Positions 1 to 12,510 of a stretch of 64,000 nucleotides of DNA are shown here, piece after piece. Below the pieces are notes generated by a model. The model did not search any database. It had not been told where the DNA came from and saw nothing but the letters and a program-made list of their open reading frames with translations. A program made the position numbers and the translations under genes. The stretch's first letter is position 1. Every line of letters begins with the position of its first letter. Origin of the DNA: Camelus dromedarius (taxonomy: Eukaryota); the NCBI RefSeq assembly GCF_036321535.1, contig NC_087436.1, positions 70,682,001-70,746,000 on the forward strand. The letters are read 5' to 3'.

Positions 1-1124
1 TTCACAAAGGAAAGCGAGGTAAGCTGACAAATGAGAGCGTGGTATCCTTTCTTTGTTTCTAGTATGATTGCGAATTCTTCTGACTCCCAGATGGTGCTGT
101 GTTCCCTTCACTGAGGGTGATGGTAGCAGGACATTTCCCGTGTCACTGTGAAAGGACTGTGCCTCTGTCACATGACGTCCTTTCCCATGGCTTGTAACCA
201 AGGATCTTTAAGAGACTGGAACTAAGCTTTAAAAATGAGCTGTTTTGCATGGAAGTTCGCACCCTGGAAGGAGACTTTTGTGTTGGAGAGAAAGGGGAAA
301 GTGCTGTTTCAGACTTGCAATTGTGCTCGTTCTGCACTGGCTGTGGAAGCTTACCAAAGAATATCAATCTCTCAGTTATGAAGACAGACACCATAAGACT
401 TTGTATTGATAGAGTGCCCATCTCTCAGGAGACCAGAACACTCCTGCGGATATTGCATAACGAGTGCCCACGTCACCCCTTTCAAAGATGATGTTTTGAA
501 TCTTTCCTGGACAACTCTCATGTTCTCTCTCGTTTTCATATTCAACGGCTCTCTTCACTTTTTTACTTACTGTTTTCTCTGCCTTTCCCCAAACTTTGCC
601 TCTCTGTTTCTTCCATGTTTGAGAGTGTGTGTGAGTGTGTGTGTAAGAGAATACGTGTATGTTTAAAGGGCACATTCAGAAAAGAGCTCAGTTTTCAGTC
701 TTGAGTCAGCCAGCCTAGTGCCTTAAAGGATGTGACTAAAACACCGAAAAATACATCCTTCTAGACTTTCAAGAAATTTAATTAAAATCTAATTAAAAAT
801 TTAAACTCTACATGTAATTAATTAAAATGGTAAGTTAATTTGCAATAAAAATTAATAAAACACTCACTTCCAGTGACTTAAAAAGAGATTGTTTCCTAAT
901 TTAATTCTTTTTGTAACTGATCAAGGAAAGCTTTGAAATTAATGAATTTTTAAGCCCTGTCTTTGGGCAAGTTCTAGAGAGACTCTCATAATTGATACTG
1001 TAATTATAGCAAGATGTCATTGTAAGATTCATGGAAAACAAATGGGAGTTGTGGTTGACTTCTGGTACAACTATGACAGAGGACATAAAGATACAATAAT
1101 GATTGTAATTTTGCTGCCATTTAT

Positions 1125-1350
1125 AGAGCATCTACAGGAGACCAGGTGTTTTATACATATTATCATCATTATAAACCTTAATATGTATTATAATCATTAA
1201 CACCAACTACCAGGCAAGATTACCTTCATTTTCTAGATGAGAGAAACTGAAGCTCCGGGAGGTAAACAGCCTTTCTAGCTCCAGGTCACAGAGCCGTACA
1301 TTAGTAGAGCAGAGATTGAACTGAGGTCTGGGTTCCATGACCTGTGGTCC
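1125..1350 (-). mobile_element. MIR SINE (diverged)
   Basis: ttcattttctagatgagagaaactgaagctc...ggtcacagagc = reverse complement of the MIR core. Confidence 0.7.
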
Positions 1351-1709
1351 TGCTGCTGCACCGCGATGCTTCAGTGTTTGCAGATTGAACTGTGTCCTTT
1401 TTTTAGTCCCTATGAATGGTCTGTGCTCCAGGACAACAGTCCCCTCATGTGTGTGTCAGTGGCATACCTTAATTAAAATGTTAAGTTGCTCTGTCCAGCA
1501 CCTCTAGGGAAGAAATTAGGGGGAAAATATGTAGTGTGTGTGTAATTATGAAGAACAACTTTTGTTCTGTTCATTTCTCCTTTTCTATCTGTATCAATTC
1601 CTTTTTGTATACTTTGTGTAGACACAGACACTAAACACACACACACACACATACACACACACATGATCCAGGAATGAGAGTTAAAGAGATAATGATTTAT
1701 TATCATCAG

Positions 1710-1920
1710 TAATAGTACCTAAAGTTGAGCACCAACTAGGGGCCAGGCTGTTTACATTAATTGTCTATAATCATCACAATAACTTTGTGAGTTAATATGT
1801 TACTGGTATTTTATTGATGAAACAGAGGCTTATAAAGGTTAGCTGACTTTCCAAAGGCCATATGACCAGTATATAGTAAAACTGGAATTTGAACTCAGGG
1901 CTTTCTAACTCCAAAATCTG
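1710..1920 (-). mobile_element. MIR SINE (diverged)
   Basis: gatgaaacagaggcttataaaggttagctgactttccaaaggcc...ggaatttgaactcaggg. Confidence 0.65.
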
Positions 1921-1939
1921 CCTGTTTCCATTCTTTGGG

Positions 1940-2180
1940 GTAGCATACTAGCGTGTCGTGTAGAAAGACTTGGAGATACTAAGTTCTTACATCAGACTAC
2001 CTGGTTTCATATGCAGCGCTCCAGTACTCAGCAGGCTGTGGGACCTTCTCAGTTCCCATCCGTACCATGATGGTGATAATAGTATTTACCTCCAGGATAC
2101 TGGAAGAGCCAGGTTAATAAATAGGCAGAACTTAGCAGAGTGGCTGGCACACACCTGTCCCCCCATCAGTGTTAGGTGCT
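1940..2180 (+). mobile_element. MIR SINE (diverged)
   Basis: cagactacctggtttc...ctcagttcccatccg...gataatagtatttacctc...agagtggctggcac. Confidence 0.6.
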
Positions 2181-2671
2181 GTTTTATTCTATGTAGGTAT
2201 GCTTGTCCTTCCACTCGGCTGTTTGCCATTATAACTCAGGTTAGTGGAGGGCAGAAATTAGAAGCCACTGCTTCAGACAGGCTGCTGGCTCCTCTCTTCG
2301 GCCACACTGGCTCTGCTAACCTTTCCTAGGACATGGTCAGCCACTTCACTTCCTTCTTTTCATTCGGCCATAATTAGATTATGAAAGAAGTTACTGTAAA
2401 AGTGACACGCGGCCCCTGGGCACCAGCGAGACTCCCTCTCAGAAGGCGCTGAGAACATCCTGTCAGAGGAAGGAAGCCCTTTTCTTTTCAGCTTCATTGG
2501 CATGAAGACAAGCTTTCTTCTTCCTCGTGGTGTGGGTGTGTCTTCAGGGGAAAAGAGCAGGAGAAACAGGGCATGAGAGCGTTTAGGCAGATCAGAACTC
2601 TCAGATCACCACCCTTCAAGGGAAAAAAACAGATTTCCCATTGTTTCCATTTATTGTTGGAATCATTGTGT

Positions 2672-3285
2672 CTTTTTTTAAATTGAAGTATAGTCAGTTT
2701 ACCAATGTATTGGTTTGTGGTGTACAGCATAATGCTTCAGTCATACATACACATACATATATTTGTTTTCATATTCTTTTTCATTGTAAGTTACTGAGAT
2801 ATTGAACATAGTTCCCTGTGCTGTACAGAAGGACCTTGTTATTTGTCTATTCTATTTATAGTAATTAGTATCTGCAATCCTGAACTCCCAATTTATCCCT
2901 CCTCACTCCCGTAACCATAAGTTTTTTCTCTATGTCTGTGGGTCTGTTTCTGTTTTGTAAATAAGTTCATGTCTCTTTTTTAAATTCCACACGTGAGTGA
3001 TATCGTATGGTATTTTTCTTTCTCTTTCTGACTTCACTTAGTATGCTGATCTTTCATCCATGTTGCTGCAAATAGCATTATTTTATTCTTTTTTATGGCT
3101 GAGTAGTAGTCCATTTTTCTTTATCCAGTCATCTGTCAGTGGACATTTAGGTTGTTTCCATGTCCTGACTATTGTAAAGTTATGCTGCTATGAACATTGG
3201 GGTGAATGTATTGTTTCAAACTAGAGTTTCCTCCAGATATATGCCCAGGAGTGGGATTGCTGGATCACAAGGTAAGTCTATTCTT
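2672..3285 (-). mobile_element. L1 3' end (ORF2 C-terminus + 3'UTR), cetartiodactyl/camelid type, 5'-truncated
   Basis: T-tract + aattgaagtatagt...atagttccctgtgctgtacag...catccatgttgctgcaaatagcatt...atgcccaggagtgggattgctggatc; similar to 34018-34492. Confidence 0.9.
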
Positions 3286-3544
3286 TAAACTGTCTCACCA
3301 TTGTCAGTTTTCCCATAGCTTTCTCACTTGGAATATCTCTTCAACCTGCAACCAATGTTCTTTAAAAGATCTCTAAATCTTTGAGACCAGCCACAGCTTA
3401 TCCACGCTGTATCTCAACAGTCAGCATTGAGATGTGCTGCTTACTAGCTCTTAGAGCTAGAGAACAGATTTCAAAATCTAACATCAGTCTCTTCTGAGAA
3501 GGTGCTAGAATAGATCAGTTAGTATCTGTTTTTCATATGAGATT

Positions 3545-3682
3545 TTTTAAATTAAATTGAGGCAAAACCTAAGATACACAGTTCTTATGTGCTCTTTGTA
3601 ATGAGTTTTGACAATTTCTTATCTCATGTAACCACCACCCAAAACAAGGTATAGCGTGTTTCCATCATCCCAGGAAGTCCCG
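3545..3682 (-). mobile_element. Old L1M 3' end fragment
   Basis: atgagttttgacaa...catgtaaccaccaccc...tttccatcatcccaggaagt. Confidence 0.6.
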
Positions 3683-4885
3683 TGAAATGCTCTATTTCCT
3701 GCATTATGCGCCAGCTTTTTGAGCCTTGGGAGATCTTTCTTTGCCCAACTGCTCTACATCCAGCCTTCAGAGAACAGATGCCTTAGCCCTGTCAGAGAGC
3801 TGAATACCTCCAAGGGATTCCCCTCAGCTCTCCTGTCCTCCTTCCCATCTCAGGAAAGTGGCTTCCTTGCACTTGATGAAATGTTGTGTCTAAGGGGAGG
3901 TTTCTCTCAGCTCTCCTGTCCAACCTCTCCAGCCTTTTATGTACAGTCTATGCAGTTGGCAAAGACCATGAAAGGGTTGGTGTGTGGATGCAGGTGGGTT
4001 GATGCCGGGGGCTCCATGGAATTCTAGCCTGTCACCCCAGACTACAGGCAGCCATTAAAAATTCATTAAAGATTTGGCTTATTTCTCCGTACCTCCATCT
4101 ACAATGGATTTATCTCTACCTGCTGCTCTGCCAGGGCTTGTGCACCAGCGATCGCTTCTCTCCTATGAAGGTCTTGTCACTTTTTGGAATTTAATTTATT
4201 TAGGTTTCTTTGCATCCTTCCCTCTCTGATGGAATTTTTTAAACTGTGATTTTATAGCTTATCTGGCTTGTTTTGGTTCTTAAGTTTGGGACAACTAACA
4301 GTCTCCTGCAACTTTCTATATCTTAAGCAGAACAACCAATTTGTTTTGACAATCGCAGCTCACATGCATCCTGCAGATCATAAAGTAAGACTACAGATCA
4401 CTGCCCTTCTGGCTTACCCACTGCAGGGGAAAAACCCTGAAGGAGTACATTAAATATGTAACCTTGCGACTTATTTGTCACCTTACCCTCACTTTTATAT
4501 ATATAAAATATAAAGGCATATATTTTACCAGTTGATATTCAAGGAGAGCAATATAGAAATCTTTCATTTTTATTTAAAATTTTTTTTGCACATTGTGTTA
4601 CCCAGTGAAGCATATCATGTCTACATGGAGATCCTGTTAATCGTGGGCCTAAGAACTGTTACAGTCTCATAAATTCCACTTGGCATTCAGACATGGAAGC
4701 AAAAGTGCTTTGATTTGATGTCCTCTCAGGGTTATTCTAGGAGTTAACATTCATTTTCATGGGAAATGGAATGTCATATTAATCTTCTTGTGCATAGCAT
4801 CCTTGTGATTTTCTCTCATTAAGAAAGTCCAGTGCAAAAACCACTCTGTCCTTAAATCTCCTTGAAGATTACATGTCCCTACTTT

Positions 4886-5030
4886 TTTTTTTTTTTTTTT
4901 AACTTTTCCTTTATTTTGGTTGGCGGGGGGTAGGTTTATTTATTTATTTTTATAGGAGGTGCTGAGGGGTTGAACCCAGGACCTCATGCATGCTAAGCAT
5001 GCACTCTACCACTGAGCTATACCCTCCCCC
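4886..5030 (-). mobile_element. tRNA-derived SINE (camelid Vic-1-like) with poly(A) and 15-bp target-site duplication
   Basis: revcomp gggggagggtatagctcagtggtagagtgcatgcttagcatgcatgaggtcctgggttcaaccc (A and B boxes); TSD acatgtccctacttt (4871-4885) / acatgttcctacttt (5032-5046). Confidence 0.9.
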
Positions 5031-6039
5031 AACATGTTCCTACTTTAAAAAATATTATGGAAAATTTAAAACATGCACTTAAATAGGCAGAATAATGATA
5101 CAATAAATCCTTCTCTACACATCACCTAGCTTTGATGACTGTCAGAATTTTGCCTATTCTCTCTCGTGTATCCCCCACTTTGTCTCTGGGGAGGATGCTG
5201 TCATATTTTAAATTTTTAAATTAATCCTTCAGTAGATATTTGACTTTTTAGATTTATAAACACTGAATACAGACAGGGTCATTCTCTAGACAGTGAGATC
5301 CAGAAAAATAGGTAGAAATCTCTTTTCATGAGATTGCCCTTGGTTAAGACCCTCAGCAACTTGGTCCCATTTTCTTGGCACCTCTTTTTCTTACACCTGT
5401 TTATGCAGACACTCTGCTTTGGCCCACCTGGTGCACTCACTGTGAGTTCTTCCATTTGGTGAGTATTCGATAAGTTGTAGACTTAAAGGACTTACTGGGT
5501 AAGTGACTGAAGCATTGTATGTCTCTAAATCAGCATCTTTGCTCATGGTGTGTCTCTGTCTAATGCTTTACTTCTTTGTTTCTGCCAATACAGGAAGAAA
5601 TATACATCCGAAATTTGTCACTTTCATTCCCTTTTCCATTGGCTTTTGTTGCTCTCGGCCATTCCTTCCTAGTTGTTGTCCTGCCACTTTTCTCCCTACT
5701 GCCTTTTGAGTATGAGAGTTCTACAAAGACAAGTCTTTCTTGCAAGGTGTAGTTTAATTTTTGTCTTCCTTGTGCTCCATGAAATTAGTAAGTCCCTCTT
5801 CTGATCTACTCACCTCTTTCTTTAACTGCCTTGTATAATTAGCTAATATTTAAGTGGTCATATTTTATTTCTCTAATAAACCTTTTCAAAATTGTTCTTC
5901 TTTATTGCTCCCTTAAAGCTTATCTTAGTTTATCCATATAATTGGGGCCCAATGCATTTTCTGTTTTGTTTTGACCACATTTCTCTACTTTCTGTTTTGT
6001 TACTCAAAAAAAGCCTATATCTAATTGAAATAGTTTCAC

Positions 6040-6222
6040 CAGAGTTAGAAAAAAAAAATAGAGTCATGGTTGCACTTGAATTTCAGATAAATAATGAATA
6101 ATTTTTTTTAGTGTAAGTATGTCCCACATATTGCATAGGGCATACTTATACTGAAAATGTTATTCATTGTTTATCTGAAATTCAGATGTAACTGGGAATC
6201 CTGTATTTTGCCTGATCACTGT
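6040..6222. mobile_element. MER53-like palindromic hAT MITE
   Basis: Arms tgaatttcagataaataatgaataa...agtgtaagtatgtccc (6077-6125) and gggcatacttatactg...ttattcattgtttatctgaaattca (6138-6184) are near reverse complements. Confidence 0.85.
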
Positions 6223-7599
6223 AAAGTGAAAGTTTATTTTGCTTTCATTTTGTCCTCCAATTGAAAGGATAGATAAATTGATAGGTATCTTCCTTAAATA
6301 TGTCAAATATTTGGATCTTGATGAATGATTTCATTCATTCGGTTAACTGTGGCTTATTTTGGTGCCTGCTGTATCCTAAATTGGACTCTGCCCGTGTCTT
6401 GGTCAGCTCTTCATTCTTATTTTTGGTGAACACACAGTCCCTTGGGTCTGCAGATGCTATGCGTTTGTCATTTCTGGCTTCTACCCATCTCTGGTCTGAA
6501 CAGGCCAAGTCCTAGTCACACTCTCCCCCCATCTCTCTCTCCAGCTTAATCTTTCATCTTCCTTTCTCCACCCTTCTTATTCCCAGCACCCTCTTTATCC
6601 TTCCATACCCATAACTGGGTTCTTTCTCATCCATCACAAGCATCTCAGAAGTCTTCACCAGCCCTGAAGAACTTGCCTGGGTCATGTAATGCTTACATGC
6701 TCTAGCCTGTCCTTTGGCCACTGTATTTCTTGAAAAAAAAAATTGTCTGGAATTGCCATTTCAATTTTTCACTCTCCCACATTTCTCAGCTAATTTCTCT
6801 TATTTGAATCCTCGCTCAAGAAATTACCAAAGCATTCTAGTTACCAAAAATAATAAAAATATATCAATGGATTTTGTTCAGTCTTCATTCCTCATTATCA
6901 TTTCTGCAACGTTTGACCCTCTCAGCTCTCCCCCATTTTCCCTTCTTTTCATTTTCAATATACTCTTTGTACCTTTCCTTTTACCCATCATTCTCTTGTG
7001 ATGTCTCTACTTCCGTTGTGGGTACCTGAGATGTTTCACACTCTTTTCTCCTAGCACATTTTCCTTTTGTAGTTTTATTAAATCTTACTACTTCAGTGAT
7101 CAGTTCTTTGCAGCTAACTCCTTAGTCGATGTCTCCAAACTTGTCATCTTTTCCAGCTGCAGGTCACCAGTCCCACTGGACATCTCTCTGAGCATTTCCA
7201 GCTTATCACACTGATGGTCTCACTGAGGGAAGCTACAGTGTACTTTTAATAGGAAGTTAGAAGCAGCATGAGAAATAGAGGTCACGTGCTATGAGAGTTC
7301 TGACAGGCAGAGAGGACCTCTGAGATTATATTCCTATCTGTCTTGTTCTTTAGATTCTGATTTAACCACTTAAACCCTGTGTATAGAATTTTGCATAGGA
7401 AATAAAGATCAAAGCTATGGAGAAATGAGAATCTCCTCTAAGGAGTAAAGGACAGAGCAATGAGATAAAAGTCTCCTGCCCTAAGCCCAGAGGAGACAGT
7501 GATCACTTGAAAGAGGCTTGTAGCCATGGTTGTGGGTGAGATGTGATACATTTTAATATAAAGTCTTCACCATAATGTAACTTGTGAGAAAGAGAGGAA

Positions 7600-7770
7600 T
7601 TAACAATGATTTCAGGGTTTTCTGTTCTTAGAATGTAGGAGGATGAAGTTGCTATTAACAGAGATGGGCAAGACCCTAAGGGTCGCAGGCTTCAGGAGGA
7701 AGATTAGGAGTTAGTTTTGAACATGTGAAGTTTAAAATGCCTCTGAGCATGTAAGTAGGATGTAGAATAG
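7600..7770 (-). mobile_element. L2 fragment
   Basis: ggatgaagttgctattaacagagatggg...ggagttagttttgaacatgtgaagtttaaaatgcct. Confidence 0.65.
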
Positions 7771-8675
7771 TTTACTAAAAAGTAATAACAAAATGACTAA
7801 TCTTTCTTTGAATTGGAGAACATTTGCTGAGGAGTTAACAAAGCACTGTTAATCCTAAAAGCATGAAGTTGTTTTCAGAGTAAATGAGAGTTGGAGTGTG
7901 GCTGAAATACACAGAGAATGTCATATTAGGAGAACAGAATTATCTCAGTTATAACAGCACTAGAGCAGCACTTCTGAAGCTGCAATGCATCACTGGCTCC
8001 TTTGAGGTTCTAATGAAATCTGTGGTGGCTCTTCCCAGAGAAATGTACACGCACACAGTATTTTACATATTTAAGGGGACTCGGGGATTTCTTTCTTTTT
8101 CATGTCACTTGGCATCTCTGTTGGGTATGTCTGGCACAGAGTTGCCCTCTTTCAGGAGCCAGTGTCACTTGGTTGTACATTTTCCACCATGACTTACTGA
8201 ACCGTAATCAGACTGGTTTGCATGCGAAGAATGCTAGTCACTTTAGAGCATTTTTTAAAGTTATGATCACAGGATCTTCCTGGTACTCTAAGTGACAGGT
8301 CCTCTTTGTAGCTGCACAGGAAAGTGAAGTTACTTTTTTCTGTCTTTCACCTGAATAGTGATAGAGTTGAGATTGAAACCCATGAAGATATTTTCCCAGT
8401 CTGCTGCTTTAGTACATTTTCAATCTCTCCTTCAAAATAAATGAACTTAGGAGGAATCACTTACGTCTTTTTGCTTATTCTATGACTTACTACAATCTGA
8501 AAATTACAAATGATCAAAACTAGAATTACTTAAAATCAATCAGTTAGTATCAAAAACACTGTTCATGAAATAATAAGTGTAAAAGGCTGCCAAACAAAAA
8601 TGTGTAATGTACTATTCTGCTGAAATCATGAAGATTTCATTTAAAAGAATAATGTAAAGTAACATAGGAGCCCTG

Positions 8676-8902
8676 GACAAGAAATTAAACCTTTTTCTGT
8701 AAAGGAACAGATAGTAGATATGTTAGGATTTGTGGGCCAGTCTCTGTTGAAATCCCTCAATGCTACAGTTGTAGCAGAAAGCGGCTGTGAACAATATGTA
8801 AATCAATGAGCATGACTGTGTTTCAATAAAACTTTTATTTACAGAAACAGGGGAGGAGGGTGGCAGAATTTCATCTGTGAGATGTAGTTTGCTGATTCTG
8901 GG
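8676..8902. mobile_element. MER58A-like hAT-Charlie MITE
   Basis: aaacctttttctgtaaagg...gactgtgtttcaataaaacttttatttacagaaacagg...tagtttgctga. Confidence 0.8.
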
Positions 8903-10474
8903 ATTAAACTATTCATGGTAATTTTAGATAACTTTTAATAAGAGATGGGTAGACAGAGAGAGAGGTAGGTGGATAACTTTAAATGAAACGGCATTGTTTT
9001 TAAAGCAACGTTCCTCTCAGACTGAGCTGGGAATCCAGAGAGGTGAGTCAGGGGCTGCCTTGAGGTAGGTAGATGTGTTGAGAGACAGACTTAAATGCCT
9101 CCTCACTGGTGTAAAGGCAGAATAGCTCAGTTTTAATTATTGGGGCTCTGCATAAATTTTACATGAAAAAGGTGTTTGCTGATGATAAAACTTTGGAAAC
9201 CATTAGATTTTGCAAGCGGCAACTGGTATCAGTGCAGTTTCTCTTGTTTTTAATGTACCCCTTACCTGGGCAAGGCAAAATTGACCTCTGAAGCAAAAAA
9301 TATAATTTTTATGCAAAAGTATCTGTTTCACAAATATATTGAGATATGTTGTAATAAAAATTACATAAATCGGTATCTGTGATGATTAAATTATCAGCTA
9401 ATTATTGAACACTCTACTTTGCATGTTTCCTTGTGTACACCATTAACAGATGAGTCATGCTCGGTCTTAATGCTTAGTTCTTGATACAGGTTTTGCCTGA
9501 AGTTTTATGGAGTTCACATTCATTGATAGCAGCTTATATGGAATGATAACACTGAGAAATGGAAAAAATATAGATGCTTTTCCAGTGATATTTAAGTAGA
9601 ATTCCTTACTAGCTAGAGTTTAAGTTTTATGGGAATGGGAAACTGTATATTAAGACATAGATACTTATGCATACGTGCTGCCTGAAGTTTTTATACTGAA
9701 GCTCTTAGTGAAAGATGGTGTTTGGAGGCTAACTTTTCTGTTCAGTGACACAGAGAATCATTTGAGGTATACAAACTAGTGATGTTGGCATTTTAAGTTG
9801 ATCATAAACAAGGGAACATGTATATCACTTCATGCACATCTATGTAGTTTATACCTCAGCCTGAATCTCAGTCAGCAAATCAATAAAACTGCCTGATGGG
9901 ATTGTTTCCACGCTGCTTACCACTTTGGAAAGCTCCAGCTACGAACGATTCTGCTGACATTAAAGTGCTGAAATAAAAGTGAAATTATGGTAAATTTTTG
10001 CTGATTTTAAAACAAAAGAAATCTGTTACCTCTTATGACCTCTAACCCTGAAATGTACTGTGCTAAAAACACTCATATGCAGAAATCTGAAAAACAAAAT
10101 GAGAAGTGATTAATCACCTCTCAGAAGTAGAGTTTGATTAAAGAGTAATTGTGCAATTCAGCTGTTTACACGTTGAAACTAATATTTCAGGGAAATGTCT
10201 AGAGTTGTTTTTCCCCCTGACTTAAGTAAGAACTTTACCTTTGAGCTCTATAAAAATACGAATTCCTTCTGGCCAGAGAGTCTTCTTGCATGTGCATGAT
10301 CATCTTTTATGACTAGATTACTTATATCATGAGAATTCGTGACTAGTAAGGGATACTGATGATGCATTTGGTATGAGGTAGAACTCTTGCCCCAAAGGAC
10401 AGGAAAAATTTATCTTTATTTATTGTCAAATTACTCTTCTGTTAGCACATGACATAGCCATTAACCCTGGACCT

Positions 10475-10743
10475 AGGAGGAAGTCCAACATCATGGCACT
10501 GGCAGATTCGGTGTTTTGTGAAGCTCTCTTTCCTGGCTCATTGCCAGTCTTCTCATTGTGTCCTCAAATGGCGGACAGGGAGCTCTCTGGGATCTCTTTC
10601 ACAAGGGCACTAATCCCATTCATGAAGGCTCCACCCTCATGATCTAATCTCCTTCCAAAGGCCCTTCTTCCAAATACCATCACATAGGGAATTAGGTTTC
10701 AGCATATGAATTTTCATGGAGCCCAATTATTCAGATAGTAGCA
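10475..10743 (-). mobile_element. MLT1A-like ERVL-MaLR LTR (partial)
   Basis: aagggcactaatcccattcatgaaggctccaccctcatgatctaatc...aataccatcaca...attcagatagtagca. Confidence 0.8.
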
Positions 10744-11750
10744 CCCCATTAGCATTGGTCAGCAACAGGTTGCAAGGGGGCATATCCTTCCAGGTGAGGC
10801 AGCTCTGATGCAGCAAAAGGCAGCTGTCTAGAGAAGGAGGCAGCTGTAAGCTGATAGCAGCTACAACTCAGAGCAGCTGGAGGTTGGTTGCACTGGCCTT
10901 ATCTACTGTGCTAGCCCAGTGATTCTCTTGCATGTTAGAACAGCAAATAGAAACAGGAGTGAGCTGTTATCAAAATGTACAGCACTGACAACATGACAAC
11001 AAATCATGAGGTAGAAGAAAATTTGAAAATTGAACTATGAATTTGAGGCCAAGTAACACGGGAACAGAGATCCCATCCCCAACTCCACAGCCCATCACAG
11101 CACATTCCAGTAGTGGGTGCTCGTGGTGCTGACCTGGAGTCAATGAGAAAAAAGCTGTATTTTATTAAGGTATGTAACTGAAAAAGCAGAAATCTCCAAC
11201 ATTTTTATAGTTTAATTCCTTAAGTCACCACTCTGTAGATATTCAGGAAAGAAATAGCTCATTTGTGAAAGTGCTGGGTAAATTAATTGACCAGATACAA
11301 CATTTGGAGCATTAACTATAGGACCATTAGCTTGGAGCACAAGAAGCCACAAAAGTAAGTACTTTTTGAACAACAAAGTTGCTTCACAGAGTCTCGTGTT
11401 TTGAGACTTAATTATTGTGTCTCGGTTTACTCTCAGAAAGGTTCACAGGAAAGAAGGACTTTGTGGTTTGTTGCTGTTGAACAGATGGGGGATTGTAGGG
11501 TTGGAGCACGAACTCGGTAGCGGATTGCATCACTCTCATTATCTTTTCAATAATTGCTAGCCTCCTGCCCCCTCCCCCACCCTTACCTGTTATTCCGTTA
11601 ACACCTCCTCAGGTTTCACCCTCCAGTGGTTAATCCTCAGACTGTTTTACAGAGACTTTGAGCATAATTCCCTATCAGCCCATCAAGTATCAAAAGCTGT
11701 TTTGATGTGTCAGCATCATCTAGAAAAGCTGTCATGTTTTTCTTCTGCAG

Positions 11751-11942
11751 TACCATAACACTACCTTTGACTGGGCACTTTTGTCGAAGAAGGAGTGTTT
11801 GAAATATGGAGGAAAGCTCGTGGGGAACAACTGTGATTTTGTTCCTGATATCACACTCATGTCTTTCATCCTCTTCTTGGGCACCTACACCTCTTCTATG
11901 GCTCTGAAAAAATTCAAAACTAGTCGCTATTTTCCAACCATG
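11751..11942 (+). CDS. SLC4A4: SLC4A4 coding exon (192 nt, ~exon 16): [64 protein letters not shown]
   Basis: ttcttctgcag|TAC...ATG|gtaagt; 64 codons, no stop; end of extracellular loop 3 (N-T-T sequon, two Cys) and next TM helix. Absent from the ORF track; translated by hand. Confidence 0.97.
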
Positions 11943-12254
11943 GTAAGTACCTGAGCTTTAAGTCGTTTTCACTGAATTTCCACAATATCAAGACTAATAC
12001 AGTATTACAAAATGAAAAAGGCACTTGTAGTTCTACCTTCCCAATATATTTTTGCGTGTTTAAAAAATTGCTTTCTAGTCTTTGTCTGTGTGCATACATA
12101 TTTTTAACATAATTGTAGTCCAGCTTTGAAAACCCTTCCAAGCACTTTGCTCACATAATTCTAGCCTAAATCCTGACTGTCATGATTCCAACTGGACTGA
12201 AAGGAAAAAGTTAGGTATATTCTGTATAAAAACGCACAAGTTAATAAAGAGACC

Positions 12255-12379
12255 TTTTTTATTTTTATTTTTTTATATCAGACATGGTTTTATTTTCAAA
12301 GAATAAACATATTTTCTAATATAATCACATTGACAGAAATATTAGTCAGGATGAAATGAAGCCAATTAAGTATTTATTT
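12255..12379 (-). other. Short polyadenylated retroposed insert of unknown origin with 15-bp TSD
   Basis: T-rich tract 12255-12274; TTTATT at 12289-12294 (AATAAA on - strand, 14 nt before the tail); flanked by ataaagagacctttt at 12244-12258 and 12380-12394. Confidence 0.65.
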
Positions 12380-12394
12380 ATAAAGAGACCTTTT

Positions 12395-12510
12395 GTAATC
12401 ATTTCCCAGTGTGGTGTTGTTTTGAATCATCATGTTGTGGACCTTAAACTTACATATATTTTATATCAATATCTGTATAAAGCTAAAAAACTACAGAGTT
12501 AAAAAAAAAG
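12395..12510 (+). mobile_element. L1MA/L1MB-like extreme 3' tail with A-rich end
   Basis: gtaatcatttc...aatcatcatgttgtggaccttaaacttaca...ataaagct + A-tract; flanked by aaagagacctttt on both sides. Confidence 0.6.

Noticed and set aside
759..835. ATG|GTAAGT donor-like site as the end of the preceding SLC4A4 exon
   Set aside because: In-frame TAA at 794-796 and low-complexity AT sequence with no NBCe1-like peptide; the upstream exon was not found in the window.
4950..5030. tRNA gene (also 35890-35956 and 58455-58530)
   Set aside because: A/B boxes are present, but poly(A) tails, TSDs and mutual divergence identify them as SINEs.
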